This document shows, in pieces, positions 1 to 9,615 of a stretch of DNA of 64,000 nt. The notes below the pieces were generated by a model, which was not told where the DNA came from, made no database searches, and saw only the letters and a list, made by a program, of their open reading frames with translations. Position 1 is the stretch's first letter; each line of letters starts with the position of its first letter. The position numbers and the translations under genes were made by a program. Source of the DNA: a virus (Duplodnaviria > Caudoviricetes); the IMG/VR virus record IMGVR_UViG_3300028831_000505, positions 76 through 64,075 of that record. The stretch is one strand, 5' to 3'.

Positions 1-18
1 ACGAGGAAGGAAAGTGGC

Positions 19-474
19 ATGACGGACGTCTATGGAATTGTTGAAACCAAACCACCGAGAATCCAACAATTATATATTCGCAGCAGCCAGTTTGGTCCAA
101 TGTTTGCCATTACCAATATCGACTGCCGTGGGGTCGAACTGGTCTATGGGATCAACCAGAACGACTACTGCTGCTACGTGACGCTGCAAGAATACCTGTT
201 TGCGTCGGAGAAACCCATCCCTATCCTTCGTGTCCCAACCATTGTTGTTGGGCAGACTCGAACCTTCATCTGTGGCGACCCCTACGCCTACTACGCGGTG
301 CAGCGACCGCACGTGCCAACGATGTATATCGCGGGCTGCCGCCGCTGGCGCTCGCTTGGTGAAGCGGAAAGTTATTATCAGCACACAGACATATCCATCG
401 AAAAGGCTGAGGTGTCCCTCGCAATTCTGGCTGAATTGAAGCGCCGGGTTATTGCAGCCGGCATCGAACCGTAG
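19..474 (+). CDS. hypothetical protein
   Basis: 151-aa ORF preceded by purine-rich GAGGAAGGAAAG RBS-like sequence. Confidence 0.6.
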   Translation: MTDVYGIVETKPPRIQQLYIRSSQFGPMFAITNIDCRGVELVYGINQNDYCCYVTLQEYLFASEKPIPILRVPTIVVGQTRTFICGDPYAYYAVQRPHVPTMYIAGCRRWRSLGEAESYYQHTDISIEKAEVSLAILAELKRRVIAAGIEP

Positions 475-510
475 AGTTCACCGAGGTCCCTAGAACTGGG
501 AGGCAGTGCT

Positions 511-816
511 ATGCCTTACGGCGTGAGAGTTGAAATGACCCCGGACGGGCTTTTCCGGACCATGATCTCCGAGTTTGACCCCGGGACGGGGAAAACTCAC
601 GGATACATGGAAATCACCGAGTGCGAGGACCTGGAGTACGGGACCCGCGAGTGCATTCGGCGCTTTGAGAAGAGATGGGCTGACCAAAACCGTGTGGTCA
701 CCTACGTGTTCAATCCAATCACCAATGCGTGGGAGGAGCCGGATTGCATCACGGTGGCCGAGGCCACCTTCGCGTCCTACCACCACCTTGGGATCAAGGC
801 CCCGGTGGCGTCATGA
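511..816 (+). CDS. hypothetical protein
   Basis: 101-aa ORF, GGGAGG RBS upstream, ATGA overlap with the next gene. Confidence 0.65.
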   Translation: MPYGVRVEMTPDGLFRTMISEFDPGTGKTHGYMEITECEDLEYGTRECIRRFEKRWADQNRVVTYVFNPITNAWEEPDCITVAEATFASYHHLGIKAPVAS

Positions 817-1106
817 GCCGCGACCCGTTGATTGACATTGCTCTGCGATCCTTCAACGGGTTGATTGACGAACTGAATGCCGAAGGCTTCCTGCTCAACA
901 ACTTGTATCAGGAGCCTGACGGAACATTCCGGGTTAACTTCGCAATGCCCGGGCGGCTGGGGTATGCCTATGGCCACGGCAACACCGTTGCCGAAGCGTT
1001 TGAGGAAGGGTTAGCCAATGCCGAAAAAGCCCGCAGGAAAAGCGCGTGTGTCGGTCCTCGCCATCGGGGCCGCCCACCTCGCAAACGAGAGCGGCCGAGG
1101 CTCTAG
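813..1106 (+). CDS. hypothetical protein ending in RERPRL motif
   Basis: ATG at 813 overlaps the upstream stop (ATGA); MSRDPLIDIAL...RKRERPRL. Confidence 0.65.
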   Translation: MSRDPLIDIALRSFNGLIDELNAEGFLLNNLYQEPDGTFRVNFAMPGRLGYAYGHGNTVAEAFEEGLANAEKARRKSACVGPRHRGRPPRKRERPRL

Positions 1107-1413
1107 GCCGGAGAGCTTGTTCCGTTTGTCCTGCCTGAGCTTGCCCAGGGGCGGTCGGTTTCTCAAGAAACAATCGGTGCATGAGGAAGGAGCTCTGTGG
1201 GCTCACACACTGGTCGTCACCAAGGCCCTTGGCGAGGCCATGCGCTGTGTCGACCGGTCTGAGCGCGATGCACGCCTGCGCGCGGACGAGATCTTCATTA
1301 CAGCCAATCATTTTATGTGGGCTCGGGGCCTCAAAATGTTTTATGAACGGGACTCACGTGGGGGCTACTCGCTTTTCGACATGCCTGATGAAAAAGATGC
1401 CCAAGTCACCTAG
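1018..1413 (+). CDS. hypothetical protein (true start uncertain, probably further downstream)
   Basis: ORF fills the gap between neighbours; the C-terminal half looks protein-like. Confidence 0.35.
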   Translation: MPKKPAGKARVSVLAIGAAHLANESGRGSRPESLFRLSCLSLPRGGRFLKKQSVHEEGALWAHTLVVTKALGEAMRCVDRSERDARLRADEIFITANHFMWARGLKMFYERDSRGGYSLFDMPDEKDAQVT

Positions 1414-1978
1414 CCTTGGAAAAATTGTGGGTGACTTGGCTTCGCTCAAGCCGGATGAACTGCGCGCGGTGCAGCAGGCCGCCGACGCTCTGCTTGAAGG
1501 TGAGGCCACGGCCACGTCTGCCGATGCGCCTGACCTTTATCACGCCATGCTGGCTGAACTGGAAACCATTGGGATGGTGCGAATCCCCTATCAGCGCTTC
1601 GCCAAGATGGCGGTGTTCAAATCCTGGAAAGTCCACTGCCCATCCACCGTAGAGTTTATAGACCGTCACTTTGGTAAGTTGAAGAAAACCATCCGTCATG
1701 CCCTTGAGCGCCACCTGTTTGAGTTGCTTATCGAAGACCTGCGTGCGCGCGGTGCCCCTGTGGCGCTCGGCGTCATCGTTACCAATATGGGGCGGCTGCC
1801 GGAAATCTTTGACGCGGCCTACCCCGGCTACATCGAGTCTGGACTGGCAATTCTTGTGCCAGACGCACTGTTGAGGAACCAACATGGACATGAAAAAGAG
1901 CACGGGTCCGTTCGCAGATCAAGTCGTGAAGGTCAAGTTCAAGGACCAGTTCGAGATCGAGGTCGTTCGCCTCGATAA
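1397..1978 (+). CDS. hypothetical protein
   Basis: MPKSPSLGKIVGDLASLKPDELRAVQQAADALL...; in-frame ATG within ORF 1181-1978. Confidence 0.6.
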   Translation: MPKSPSLGKIVGDLASLKPDELRAVQQAADALLEGEATATSADAPDLYHAMLAELETIGMVRIPYQRFAKMAVFKSWKVHCPSTVEFIDRHFGKLKKTIRHALERHLFELLIEDLRARGAPVALGVIVTNMGRLPEIFDAAYPGYIESGLAILVPDALLRNQHGHEKEHGSVRRSSREGQVQGPVRDRGRSPR

Positions 1979-2117
1979 AGGCACGCCGATTGAGCGCTAC
2001 GTCATTATGACAACCACCGATATTGGATCGGTCGACGCCGACCAGCGCACAACCGAACTCACGATGGGAAAGCGCGACTTCGACGACTATGTGCGCCAAC
2101 TGAACGCGCTGGTCTAG
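1884..2117 (+). CDS. hypothetical protein
   Basis: 77-aa ORF with GAGGA RBS and high-GC3 codons. Confidence 0.55.
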   Translation: MDMKKSTGPFADQVVKVKFKDQFEIEVVRLDKGTPIERYVIMTTTDIGSVDADQRTTELTMGKRDFDDYVRQLNALV

Positions 2118-2143
2118 GCCGCAAGGGGTCAGGGACTTTAGGG

Positions 2144-3577
2144 ATGGCAGACCTCAGCGGCGGGTTACAGGAGAACCTTCTGGTCCTCCTCTCGTTCGAT
2201 CCCGAGCGCAGCATTATCATTCGTAACGTGATTGAGCCCGAGCTCTTTGGCGGGCTGTACCAGCACATTGTTGTGGCAGTGTATGACTACATCGACCGTT
2301 ACAAGGCCCCGCCCAAGGACCACCTGCCAGACATTTTGGCCGACAAGCTGACGTCCAAAAACCGCCGTGAGCAAACCCTGTTTAGGGACATCGTAGAGAG
2401 CATCTATGAAATGCGTAACCGGGTCAATGCCGAATTCGTGATGACCCAGGTAAGCGACTTCGTCAAACGGCAAAGCCTGCGCAGCGTGGCCGCCGAGATA
2501 GGCCGCGAACTGGTGCGCGACACGCCGGAGTCACTGCTCAAGGCCGAAAATCTTTTCCGGACCGCCAACGTGGGTGCGCTCAGGGTATTTGACTCTGGAC
2601 TGCGCCTCAGCGATAAGAAGCGGGCACTCAAGTTCCTTGAACGCAACAACGACTGTTTCGCTACCGGCATACCGGAACTCGACCGCCGCGGGCTTGGGCC
2701 TACCCGCAAAGAGCTTTTCCTTTACATAGCCAACACCAAGTCGGGCAAGACGTGGGCCTTGATCCAACTGGCCAAGGCCTCACTGGTACAGCGACTGCGC
2801 GTAGCCCATATCACGCTGGAGAACTCGGAGGAGATCACCTCCCAGCGTTATTTTCAGTCCCTGTTTTCGATGTCAAAGCGCCGTGAGCGCTTCAAGGTCA
2901 CCCGGTTCAAGCGCGATAAGTTGGGCAGGATAGTTGAGTTTGAGGACTGGGACCTGCTGCCCAAGTTCTCAATGGATGACCCCAACATCAAGGAGAAGCT
3001 CGAGCGAAAGATTGACCAGTTTGCGGGCCGCCTGCTTGACAATATCGTTATTAAATACTTCCCCACCGGCACCCTGACCATGGGGCAATTGAACGCCTAC
3101 CTCGATAACCTCTTTGCGGTTGAGCGGTTTGCCCCCGACCTGATCATCGTTGACTACCCCGACCTGATGGAACTGGGTAACGGGGAGGTCCGGTTTAGCC
3201 TCGACATAATCTACAAAAACCTGCGCGGCGTGGCCGGTGCCCGCAATGCTGCCATGGCCGTGGTCAGCCAATCGAACCGCGCCGGGGCAAAGGCCAAGCA
3301 GATTGGCCTTGAGCACCAAGGCGAGGCTTATAGCAAGGCGCAGCACGCCGACACCGTTGTGACCTACACCTCCACAATTCAGGAAGACCGCATGGGCCTA
3401 GCCCGCCTGCACGTTGCGGGCGCTCGCAACGACAGCGATAAATTCTCCGTCGTGATCTCGCAAAACTACGGCAGCGGTCAGTTTGTTGTCGACAGCGCCC
3501 TGATGACCGGGAACTATTGGGGCAACGTTTCACGTGATGCAGGAGAGGATGTTGAGGATGAGGAAACCCCGGAGTAG
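2144..3577 (+). CDS. dnaB: DnaB-like replicative DNA helicase
   Basis: TGIPELD, Walker A-like ANTKSGKT, ITLE, Walker B IIVDYPDLM, VSQSNR and HADTVV motifs of the DnaB/SF4 family; acidic C-terminal tail. Confidence 0.9.
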   Translation: MADLSGGLQENLLVLLSFDPERSIIIRNVIEPELFGGLYQHIVVAVYDYIDRYKAPPKDHLPDILADKLTSKNRREQTLFRDIVESIYEMRNRVNAEFVMTQVSDFVKRQSLRSVAAEIGRELVRDTPESLLKAENLFRTANVGALRVFDSGLRLSDKKRALKFLERNNDCFATGIPELDRRGLGPTRKELFLYIANTKSGKTWALIQLAKASLVQRLRVAHITLENSEEITSQRYFQSLFSMSKRRERFKVTRFKRDKLGRIVEFEDWDLLPKFSMDDPNIKEKLERKIDQFAGRLLDNIVIKYFPTGTLTMGQLNAYLDNLFAVERFAPDLIIVDYPDLMELGNGEVRFSLDIIYKNLRGVAGARNAAMAVVSQSNRAGAKAKQIGLEHQGEAYSKAQHADTVVTYTSTIQEDRMGLARLHVAGARNDSDKFSVVISQNYGSGQFVVDSALMTGNYWGNVSRDAGEDVEDEETPE

Positions 3578-3857
3578 AGCTACGCTAGAGCTTGCTGCGG
3601 CAAACCCGACACCCCAAAAGGGAACTATTCGGATATTGGCATCCGGAAGCTCCATCCTAAATGAAGTCAGTCTCAATGGGATCAATCGAGTTCGCATCAG
3701 TGCCTCCAATGGGGAGGAGTACGAACTCGTTGTGGAGGCAGACTCCAAAGGACCGACCTTCTACATCCGGGCTCTCTACGGTCGGATTAAACTCATGCCA
3801 AATGCGGCCAATTCTGTAAGCGTCGCATATTATGACGAGGCAAGAAAAAGCAAATGA
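3558..3857 (+). CDS. hypothetical protein
   Basis: ORF between the helicase and the next gene, ATGA overlap at 3854. Confidence 0.55.
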   Translation: MRKPRSRATLELAAANPTPQKGTIRILASGSSILNEVSLNGINRVRISASNGEEYELVVEADSKGPTFYIRALYGRIKLMPNAANSVSVAYYDEARKSK

Positions 3858-4213
3858 GAATATTTGTCTTTGGCAGTAATATGGCCGGCATCCATGGCGC
3901 TGGCTCAGCCCTCGAGGCCAAACGGAACTGGGGCGCTGAGATGGGCGTTGGGCGCGGGCGGACAGGCAACGCCTACGCAATCCCGACCAAGGACATGAAT
4001 TTGCGGACCCTTCCCATTACCACTATCCGGGTTTACGTCGATCAGTTCATTCGCTATGCAATCGATAACCCCAATATCGATTTTGAGGTTGTGGCCATTG
4101 GTACCGGATTGGCCGGCTACACTCACGGCGAAATGGCACCACTGTTCCTCAAGGCGCCAGATAACTGCTGGCTGCACACCGAATGGAACAAAATCCTCGG
4201 CAGGCCCGAATGA
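3854..4213 (+). CDS. macrodomain-like phage protein (A1S_2505-type family)
   Basis: IFVFGSNMAGIHGAGSA...AYAIPTK...VAIGTGLAG; the Gly-rich loops resemble macrodomain ADP-ribose-binding loops. Confidence 0.75.
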   Translation: MRIFVFGSNMAGIHGAGSALEAKRNWGAEMGVGRGRTGNAYAIPTKDMNLRTLPITTIRVYVDQFIRYAIDNPNIDFEVVAIGTGLAGYTHGEMAPLFLKAPDNCWLHTEWNKILGRPE

Positions 4214-4533
4214 CTAGCCCTCACGGTGAGGGCGAGGAGGATCTGCGTGTTGCCGAGCAAGCGCAGCTACAGCGCCGCTTGACCGCCTTGCTCACCGTCA
4301 TCATGGGCAGGCTAACCCATGAAAGCGCCCGGCCCGCGCTACAGGCATTTGTTGACGCCTGCCTCAGCCATGAGGCTGACCGGCTGCGGGTTGACCTGAT
4401 ACGGCACCGGGCCGCCCTGATTGAACTTGCCTGGATGCCCTATGGTGCGGGCTTTGGTTGCCGTATGTGTGGGGGTATGGGCGGCACCAAGGAGCAAATA
4501 GTCCACAAGGAGGGTTGTGTACTTCGGGAATGA
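4210..4533 (+). CDS. hypothetical protein with C-terminal CxxC...H...C
   Basis: ATGA overlaps at both ends; CRMC...HKEGC. Confidence 0.55.
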   Translation: MTSPHGEGEEDLRVAEQAQLQRRLTALLTVIMGRLTHESARPALQAFVDACLSHEADRLRVDLIRHRAALIELAWMPYGAGFGCRMCGGMGGTKEQIVHKEGCVLRE

Positions 4534-6131
4534 TAGCCCCATCTGCCATAAGAGCGTTTCTGAACCGCCGGCTGGAGTCCTACACTTGGATGAAGGACCT
4601 CACGGCGCGGGAGCTTGACCGCGGCCTGGATGATCTGCATCCGCGCCCCAATTTCAGCGGCTTCAAGCTCAAGCCCTGGCTGCACCAGCTCGTTTGCTTC
4701 CTTCTTATCATCACGTTGAAGCGTTGGATACCATTGCTCGACATGGGTTTGGGGAAAACCATGCTCACGCTGATGGTCCTGCGCTACCGCAAGCAGCGCG
4801 GCGAGAAACCCCGGGCCATTGTGTTCGTGCCTTTCATCACTGCCATCGATACTTGGATCGAGGAAACCAAGCTGCACACCCCGGAGCTAAAGTGCGTGCC
4901 GCTGATGGGCACCACGCAGCAGAATCTCGACCAGTTGATGAACGACACCGGCGACCTGTTCGTGATCTGCTACCATTCGGCGTTGGCCATGATCACCGAG
5001 AAGGTCAGTGTACGCAGTTCCAAGAAAAAAACGAAGCGCCGCGGTGCCAAGGTTCAATGGCAACTGACTGCCAAGGATGTCAGGTGGTTTTTTCAGGACT
5101 TCGACATGCTCGTCATGGACGAGCTGCACAAGATCAAAACGGTCAGCAGCCTGACCTACCGCATGTGCAAAGCTATCTCGCAAGTTTGCGAGTACGTGAT
5201 TGGGCTTACCGGCACCCCCTTCGGCCGTGACCCCGGGGACCTGTGGCCACAATTTGCCATAGTGGATTTTGGCGCCACGCTGGGCGACACCTTTGGTTTG
5301 TTTCGATCCGTGTTCTTCGAGGAGAAGATAAATAAATGGGGCGGGTACGAGTACAAGTTCAAGAAGTCCCTGCTTGGCGACCTCAAGCGGATCATTCAGA
5401 ACAGCTCGATCCGATACAACGTGGAGGAATGCCATGACATGCCCCCGCGCCAATACATCGTCAAATATGTGCGGCCGACGCAGGGCATGGCCACCTACTA
5501 CAACAAGGCGCTCGAGCAGCTTGAGAAGATAAGGGCCAGCAAGGGTGGCTACCGGGCCATTGAGAATCGGTACATCCAGCTTAGGCAGCTCTCATCCGGC
5601 TTTATGACGCTGCGGGGTGAGCAGGATGACAAAATCTATGTCAACCTCGACGAGAACCCCAAGGTGGAGGCGCTGCTTGACCTGATCGACGACATGCCCA
5701 TTGGTCGGAAGATGATCGTGTTTCACCACTTCCGCCAAACCAGCAAGGTTATCTCAGAGGCGCTGACCAAGGCAGGGATCAAGCACATTTGCATCCTTGG
5801 TGGGGTCAAGGACGCGGTCGCCCGGGTTAAGAAATTCAGGGATGACCCCTACTGCGACGTGCTGGTAATCAACAGTGAGTTGGGCTCCTCCTCGCTCAAT
5901 ATGCAGTGTGCGAACTACGTCGTATATTTTGAGCAGCCGGAGAGTAGCACCGACCGGGACCAGTCGGAGCGGCGCTGCTGGCGGCCGGGGCAACTGCGCA
6001 AGGTCTTTTTCTTTGACCTGTTGATGCGAGGCACGGTAGACGTGACAAAGAACGGATACAATCAGCAGGGCCGCAACCTGCTACGCAGCATAGTGGACGG
6101 CAAGTCAAAGATAAGAAGGCTGGCGGTATGA
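4530..6131 (+). CDS. SNF2-family (SF2) helicase
   Basis: LDMGLGKT (motif I), DELH (motif II), LTGTP (motif III), LNMQCA and QSERRCWRPGQ (motifs V/VI). Confidence 0.92.
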   Translation: MIAPSAIRAFLNRRLESYTWMKDLTARELDRGLDDLHPRPNFSGFKLKPWLHQLVCFLLIITLKRWIPLLDMGLGKTMLTLMVLRYRKQRGEKPRAIVFVPFITAIDTWIEETKLHTPELKCVPLMGTTQQNLDQLMNDTGDLFVICYHSALAMITEKVSVRSSKKKTKRRGAKVQWQLTAKDVRWFFQDFDMLVMDELHKIKTVSSLTYRMCKAISQVCEYVIGLTGTPFGRDPGDLWPQFAIVDFGATLGDTFGLFRSVFFEEKINKWGGYEYKFKKSLLGDLKRIIQNSSIRYNVEECHDMPPRQYIVKYVRPTQGMATYYNKALEQLEKIRASKGGYRAIENRYIQLRQLSSGFMTLRGEQDDKIYVNLDENPKVEALLDLIDDMPIGRKMIVFHHFRQTSKVISEALTKAGIKHICILGGVKDAVARVKKFRDDPYCDVLVINSELGSSSLNMQCANYVVYFEQPESSTDRDQSERRCWRPGQLRKVFFFDLLMRGTVDVTKNGYNQQGRNLLRSIVDGKSKIRRLAV

Positions 6132-6442
6132 CCTACGAGCTGAGCGACGCGGAACGGGCAGCGCTGGCCAAGATCAATGAGGGTTACGCCCAGCTCCTCC
6201 AAACCGGCTGGAAGCCCATGGTCTATGTGACCAGCTCGAACGGTATCAATCTGCTTGTCATCGAACCCGGTTCAGGCGGCGTGCACAGCGCCCGTTGCCT
6301 CCACGGTCACTGGTTTGAAATAACTCCTTCCCGGCGCGACGCCCAGGGCTTTGCCATTGGTGGCACCGTCACCCCTATCAACCCCATCTTGTACCGCGTT
6401 CCCGAAACCAGCGGAGACCCCAATGCTCAAAAACGAGAATAA
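6128..6442 (+). CDS. hypothetical protein
   Basis: 104-aa ORF, ATGA overlap. Confidence 0.55.
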   Translation: MTYELSDAERAALAKINEGYAQLLQTGWKPMVYVTSSNGINLLVIEPGSGGVHSARCLHGHWFEITPSRRDAQGFAIGGTVTPINPILYRVPETSGDPNAQKRE

Positions 6443-7142
6443 GCTACCCGTTATCATCGTCGTGGGCGCGGACAAGGGTGGCGTCGGCAAGACCTTCCTG
6501 ACCCGCTCCTTGCTGGACTATCTCGCGGCCAATACCAAGGCCGCCGCCTCCGGCAAAATCCGCGTGTTCGACAGTGAGCCCGGCGGCGCGGGCTTGAAGC
6601 ACTTCCACCCCACCGCCAAGCTGGTCAACTTCGACCTCATGTCCGATCAGGCCAAGATCCTCGACGGCTTGACCTCGGAAATGTTAACGGTGCTCGACTG
6701 CCGCGCCGGCCTCCTGTCGGTCTTCCTGAAACGGTTTGCCGCGCTCGGACTCATGAACGACGTCAAGCAGGGCCGCGTCGAGCTGGTTGTCAAGCATGTG
6801 CTGGGCAACACCATCGCTTCCCTCAGCGAGATCGCCGACACGGCGGCTATCCTGGCCGACGGCGGCCACCACATTCTGGTGAAAAACCCGGCGCGTGACG
6901 CCCACTTCTTTGCCTGGGACAAGGAAACCGAGAAGCGGTACTTCGACATCATTGCGCCCGCCGACCTGATCACCTTGGACCACATGGACGGCGCAGTGGC
7001 CGAGTTGATCGACAAGGCTGCCATGCCAATGCGGCAGTTCATCAATGATCCCAGCTTCTCGGACACCTACCGGCGCGAGGCCAGCCGCTGGTATGAGAAC
7101 ACGGCGGCCGAGTACACCCGCGTGGGGTTCAACAACCTGTAG
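6423..7142 (+). CDS. MinD/ParA/CobQ-superfamily P-loop NTPase
   Basis: Deviant Walker A VGADKGGVGKT, FDSE, Walker B VLDCRAG, LVKN; GGAG RBS. Confidence 0.8.
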   Translation: MLKNENKLPVIIVVGADKGGVGKTFLTRSLLDYLAANTKAAASGKIRVFDSEPGGAGLKHFHPTAKLVNFDLMSDQAKILDGLTSEMLTVLDCRAGLLSVFLKRFAALGLMNDVKQGRVELVVKHVLGNTIASLSEIADTAAILADGGHHILVKNPARDAHFFAWDKETEKRYFDIIAPADLITLDHMDGAVAELIDKAAMPMRQFINDPSFSDTYRREASRWYENTAAEYTRVGFNNL

Positions 7143-7148
7143 GGACGC

Positions 7149-7520
7149 ATGAACCTGTTCAGCGGAACCCCGCTCAACAAGATAGCCGTTGTCACAGTGG
7201 CACTAGCTGCGGCAGCGGCGCTTGCTGCCGCGTTGGAGTGGTGGGGGAAACGACAGAAAGGAGACCTCTTTCAGCGCTCCTATATTGAGGGCGAGCCCTG
7301 TCCCAAATGTGGTTTTGGGCTCTTGCGTAGGGAAGGAATGTTCTATTGGCGCGGAGACGAATTCCCCGCCGCCTTTTGTGAGCCCTGCCACTCAATGTGG
7401 GTTTACCGTGGGGAAGAAATGCCGCCGCTCAGGCCTAAGCGCCGGCCGCTTACCTCATTGTGGGTCATTCTAATTGTCTCGGGTGTGGTTGCCGTGCTCG
7501 TCTTTGCCTTGGCGCGCTGA
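7149..7520 (+). CDS. membrane protein with Zn ribbon
   Basis: Hydrophobic N- and C-terminal segments; CPKC...CEPC. Confidence 0.55.
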   Translation: MNLFSGTPLNKIAVVTVALAAAAALAAALEWWGKRQKGDLFQRSYIEGEPCPKCGFGLLRREGMFYWRGDEFPAAFCEPCHSMWVYRGEEMPPLRPKRRPLTSLWVILIVSGVVAVLVFALAR

Positions 7521-7523
7521 CCC

Positions 7524-8516
7524 ATGGATTGGCTCAAGTTTTTCAGTGACAACTCGATTGAGTATGTCACCGTAGGGCCAAACACGAAGTCTGGCGAAGC
7601 CTCTATTGCCTGCCCCTTCTGCGGTGACGACCCCAGTTTCCACATGGGGGTGCACCTTACCCTTGAGAAGTGGTCGTGCTGGCGCAACATCACAAGCCAC
7701 TCAGGGCGCCGTCCGCACCGGCTGATCCGTGAACTGCTGGGCTGCTCACACAACCATGCTGGCCTTGTGGTCCGGCAGTACAGCCGCCCTGACCCCAATA
7801 CGTTGGAGGAGGTGCTGGCTGCGCTGGCAGACACTGAGCCGCTGCCGGCCGGGAAGGTGGTTGCCCCCACGGCACTGGAGTTTCCCCCCGACTTTCGTCC
7901 CATTGTAAATGCCCGCTCAACCCGATACTTCTGGGAGTACCTTGCCGTCAACCGGGGTTTTGGTGACGACACGACCGAGGTGATCAAGGAGTATGGGCTA
8001 TTGTGTGCGTCCTCGGGCAAGTACAAGCAGCGCATAATCATCCCCGCTTACAGCGAGGGGCGGCTAGTGGGCTGGACGGCCCGCGCCGTGGTTGAGACGG
8101 TTGACGCGCCGCGCTACCTTACCTTGAGTGAGAAGGATGGAGCGCTGTGCAACATCAAGGAAGTCGTCCTGTGGGAGGACGAGCTGCTGAATGACCGCGA
8201 CGCCGACCTCCTGTTTGTAGCGGAAGGTCCGCTTGACGGCATGAAGCTCGACTACTACGGTTTTCGATACGGGGCGCGGGCCACGTGCACATTCAGCACT
8301 CACATTACTTTCTCCCAAGTTGAGGTCTTGAGAAGGATAGCCAAGCGCTATAAGCGCAAGGTCATCCTGTTCGACCCTGAGGCTGTGGGTGAGTCGTTCA
8401 AGGCCGCCGACCTGTTGCCGGGGTTTGAGATAGGTTCTATCGCTAACGGTATAGAGGACCCCGGGGCGATGACCCCCAAGCAGGTCCGCGCCATGTGCCG
8501 CCAATATGGGGATTGA
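7524..8516 (+). CDS. DNA primase (Zn-binding plus TOPRIM domains)
   Basis: ACPFCGDD...CWR Zn domain; RIIIP...VGWTAR; TOPRIM VAEGPLD, LFDPE, EDPG. Confidence 0.88.
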   Translation: MDWLKFFSDNSIEYVTVGPNTKSGEASIACPFCGDDPSFHMGVHLTLEKWSCWRNITSHSGRRPHRLIRELLGCSHNHAGLVVRQYSRPDPNTLEEVLAALADTEPLPAGKVVAPTALEFPPDFRPIVNARSTRYFWEYLAVNRGFGDDTTEVIKEYGLLCASSGKYKQRIIIPAYSEGRLVGWTARAVVETVDAPRYLTLSEKDGALCNIKEVVLWEDELLNDRDADLLFVAEGPLDGMKLDYYGFRYGARATCTFSTHITFSQVEVLRRIAKRYKRKVILFDPEAVGESFKAADLLPGFEIGSIANGIEDPGAMTPKQVRAMCRQYGD

Positions 8517-8913
8517 AAAGATGGACCTGCCAAAGCCGGTTGAGCTCTTCGCTGCCTACCACGAGCAACATGGATATGCGACCTTCAACGAGGATATCAA
8601 TTTTGTGCGTGCACATGCCGCCGCAAGCGCCCAGTCCACCCGCTTCTCGGTTCTCAAGGTACGGGTCGTCGCAATTGAGGACGTGACGGTGAGAACACCC
8701 ACACCAACTGGCTCATGGGTTCTCGTGAACAACAAGGGCTGGAGGGATCATGTTGGATGGGTGATTGATTTTGATATTCGCGACTTCGCCAACCGGCCTG
8801 ACCACGTGATGACTGTTGTATTGGACGCCAAAGGAACCCGCAGGGCGCTTCCCGCCAAGGTGTTGAGTGAAGCCCCGGTTGAAAGAAGGGGCTGGCCCAC
8901 AGGCACAACCTGA
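8506..8913 (+). CDS. hypothetical protein
   Basis: 135-aa ORF overlapping the primase stop. Confidence 0.5.
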   Translation: MGIEKMDLPKPVELFAAYHEQHGYATFNEDINFVRAHAAASAQSTRFSVLKVRVVAIEDVTVRTPTPTGSWVLVNNKGWRDHVGWVIDFDIRDFANRPDHVMTVVLDAKGTRRALPAKVLSEAPVERRGWPTGTT

Positions 8914-8991
8914 ACCCCCTTGCTTTTTCACGGGTTTTTGGGCTCCATGTTACATCAAAGTGATTTGCCACAATTTGGGATGGATTTGCGC

Positions 8992-9582
8992 ATGAGACGT
9001 TCGCGCCGCCGCAACCGTGCACCCTGGGTGAAGGTTGACATATGGGAACCGACCTGGAGCCCTGAGATCGTCGGTTGGTCCGTCAACTTCTACAACAGAA
9101 ACAAGTGGCGCTTCGACAGCAAGGACCGCTGTGATCCGGTCATGACGGTCGACGACCTGATGCAGGAAGCCTACATCATCTTTGAGCGCGTCCGCGCCAG
9201 CTACCCGCGCGTGATTGACCCGCGCCATTTCATGGCCCTTTACAAAACCTCCATCCAGAACGACATGACCGACAGGTCGCGGCTTGAGCGCAAACGGGAC
9301 GCAACCATTGAGGATTTGGGGGAGGATGCCTCCTCCGCGCTCGCGGGTCGTATGGACGACGAGAGTGGTTATCTGGCTGTGCTCCTCAGTGAGATGCCCC
9401 GAGAGGTTCAGTTGCTGATCGCCGGCATGCAAAGGGATGACGTTGCGGTGGCACTGCGCGAGCCCTATGAGAAGGACGAAGCCGGTGTCAGGAGCGAAAC
9501 CTTTGGAGAACGTCTGTGCCGTCTCATTGGCATTGACCCGGCAACCCGGCCGCTCCAACAGTTGCGGGAATTGCTTGCGTAA
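8992..9582 (+). CDS. putative RNA polymerase sigma factor-like protein (start uncertain)
   Basis: DDLMQEAYIIFERV and F...YKTSIQNDMTD resemble sigma region 2; LLSEMPREVQ resembles the start of region 4. Confidence 0.65.
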   Translation: MRRSRRRNRAPWVKVDIWEPTWSPEIVGWSVNFYNRNKWRFDSKDRCDPVMTVDDLMQEAYIIFERVRASYPRVIDPRHFMALYKTSIQNDMTDRSRLERKRDATIEDLGEDASSALAGRMDDESGYLAVLLSEMPREVQLLIAGMQRDDVAVALREPYEKDEAGVRSETFGERLCRLIGIDPATRPLQQLRELLA

Positions 9583-9615
9583 AACGACAATCCACCACCC
9601 CAGGAAGGAAGGCCC

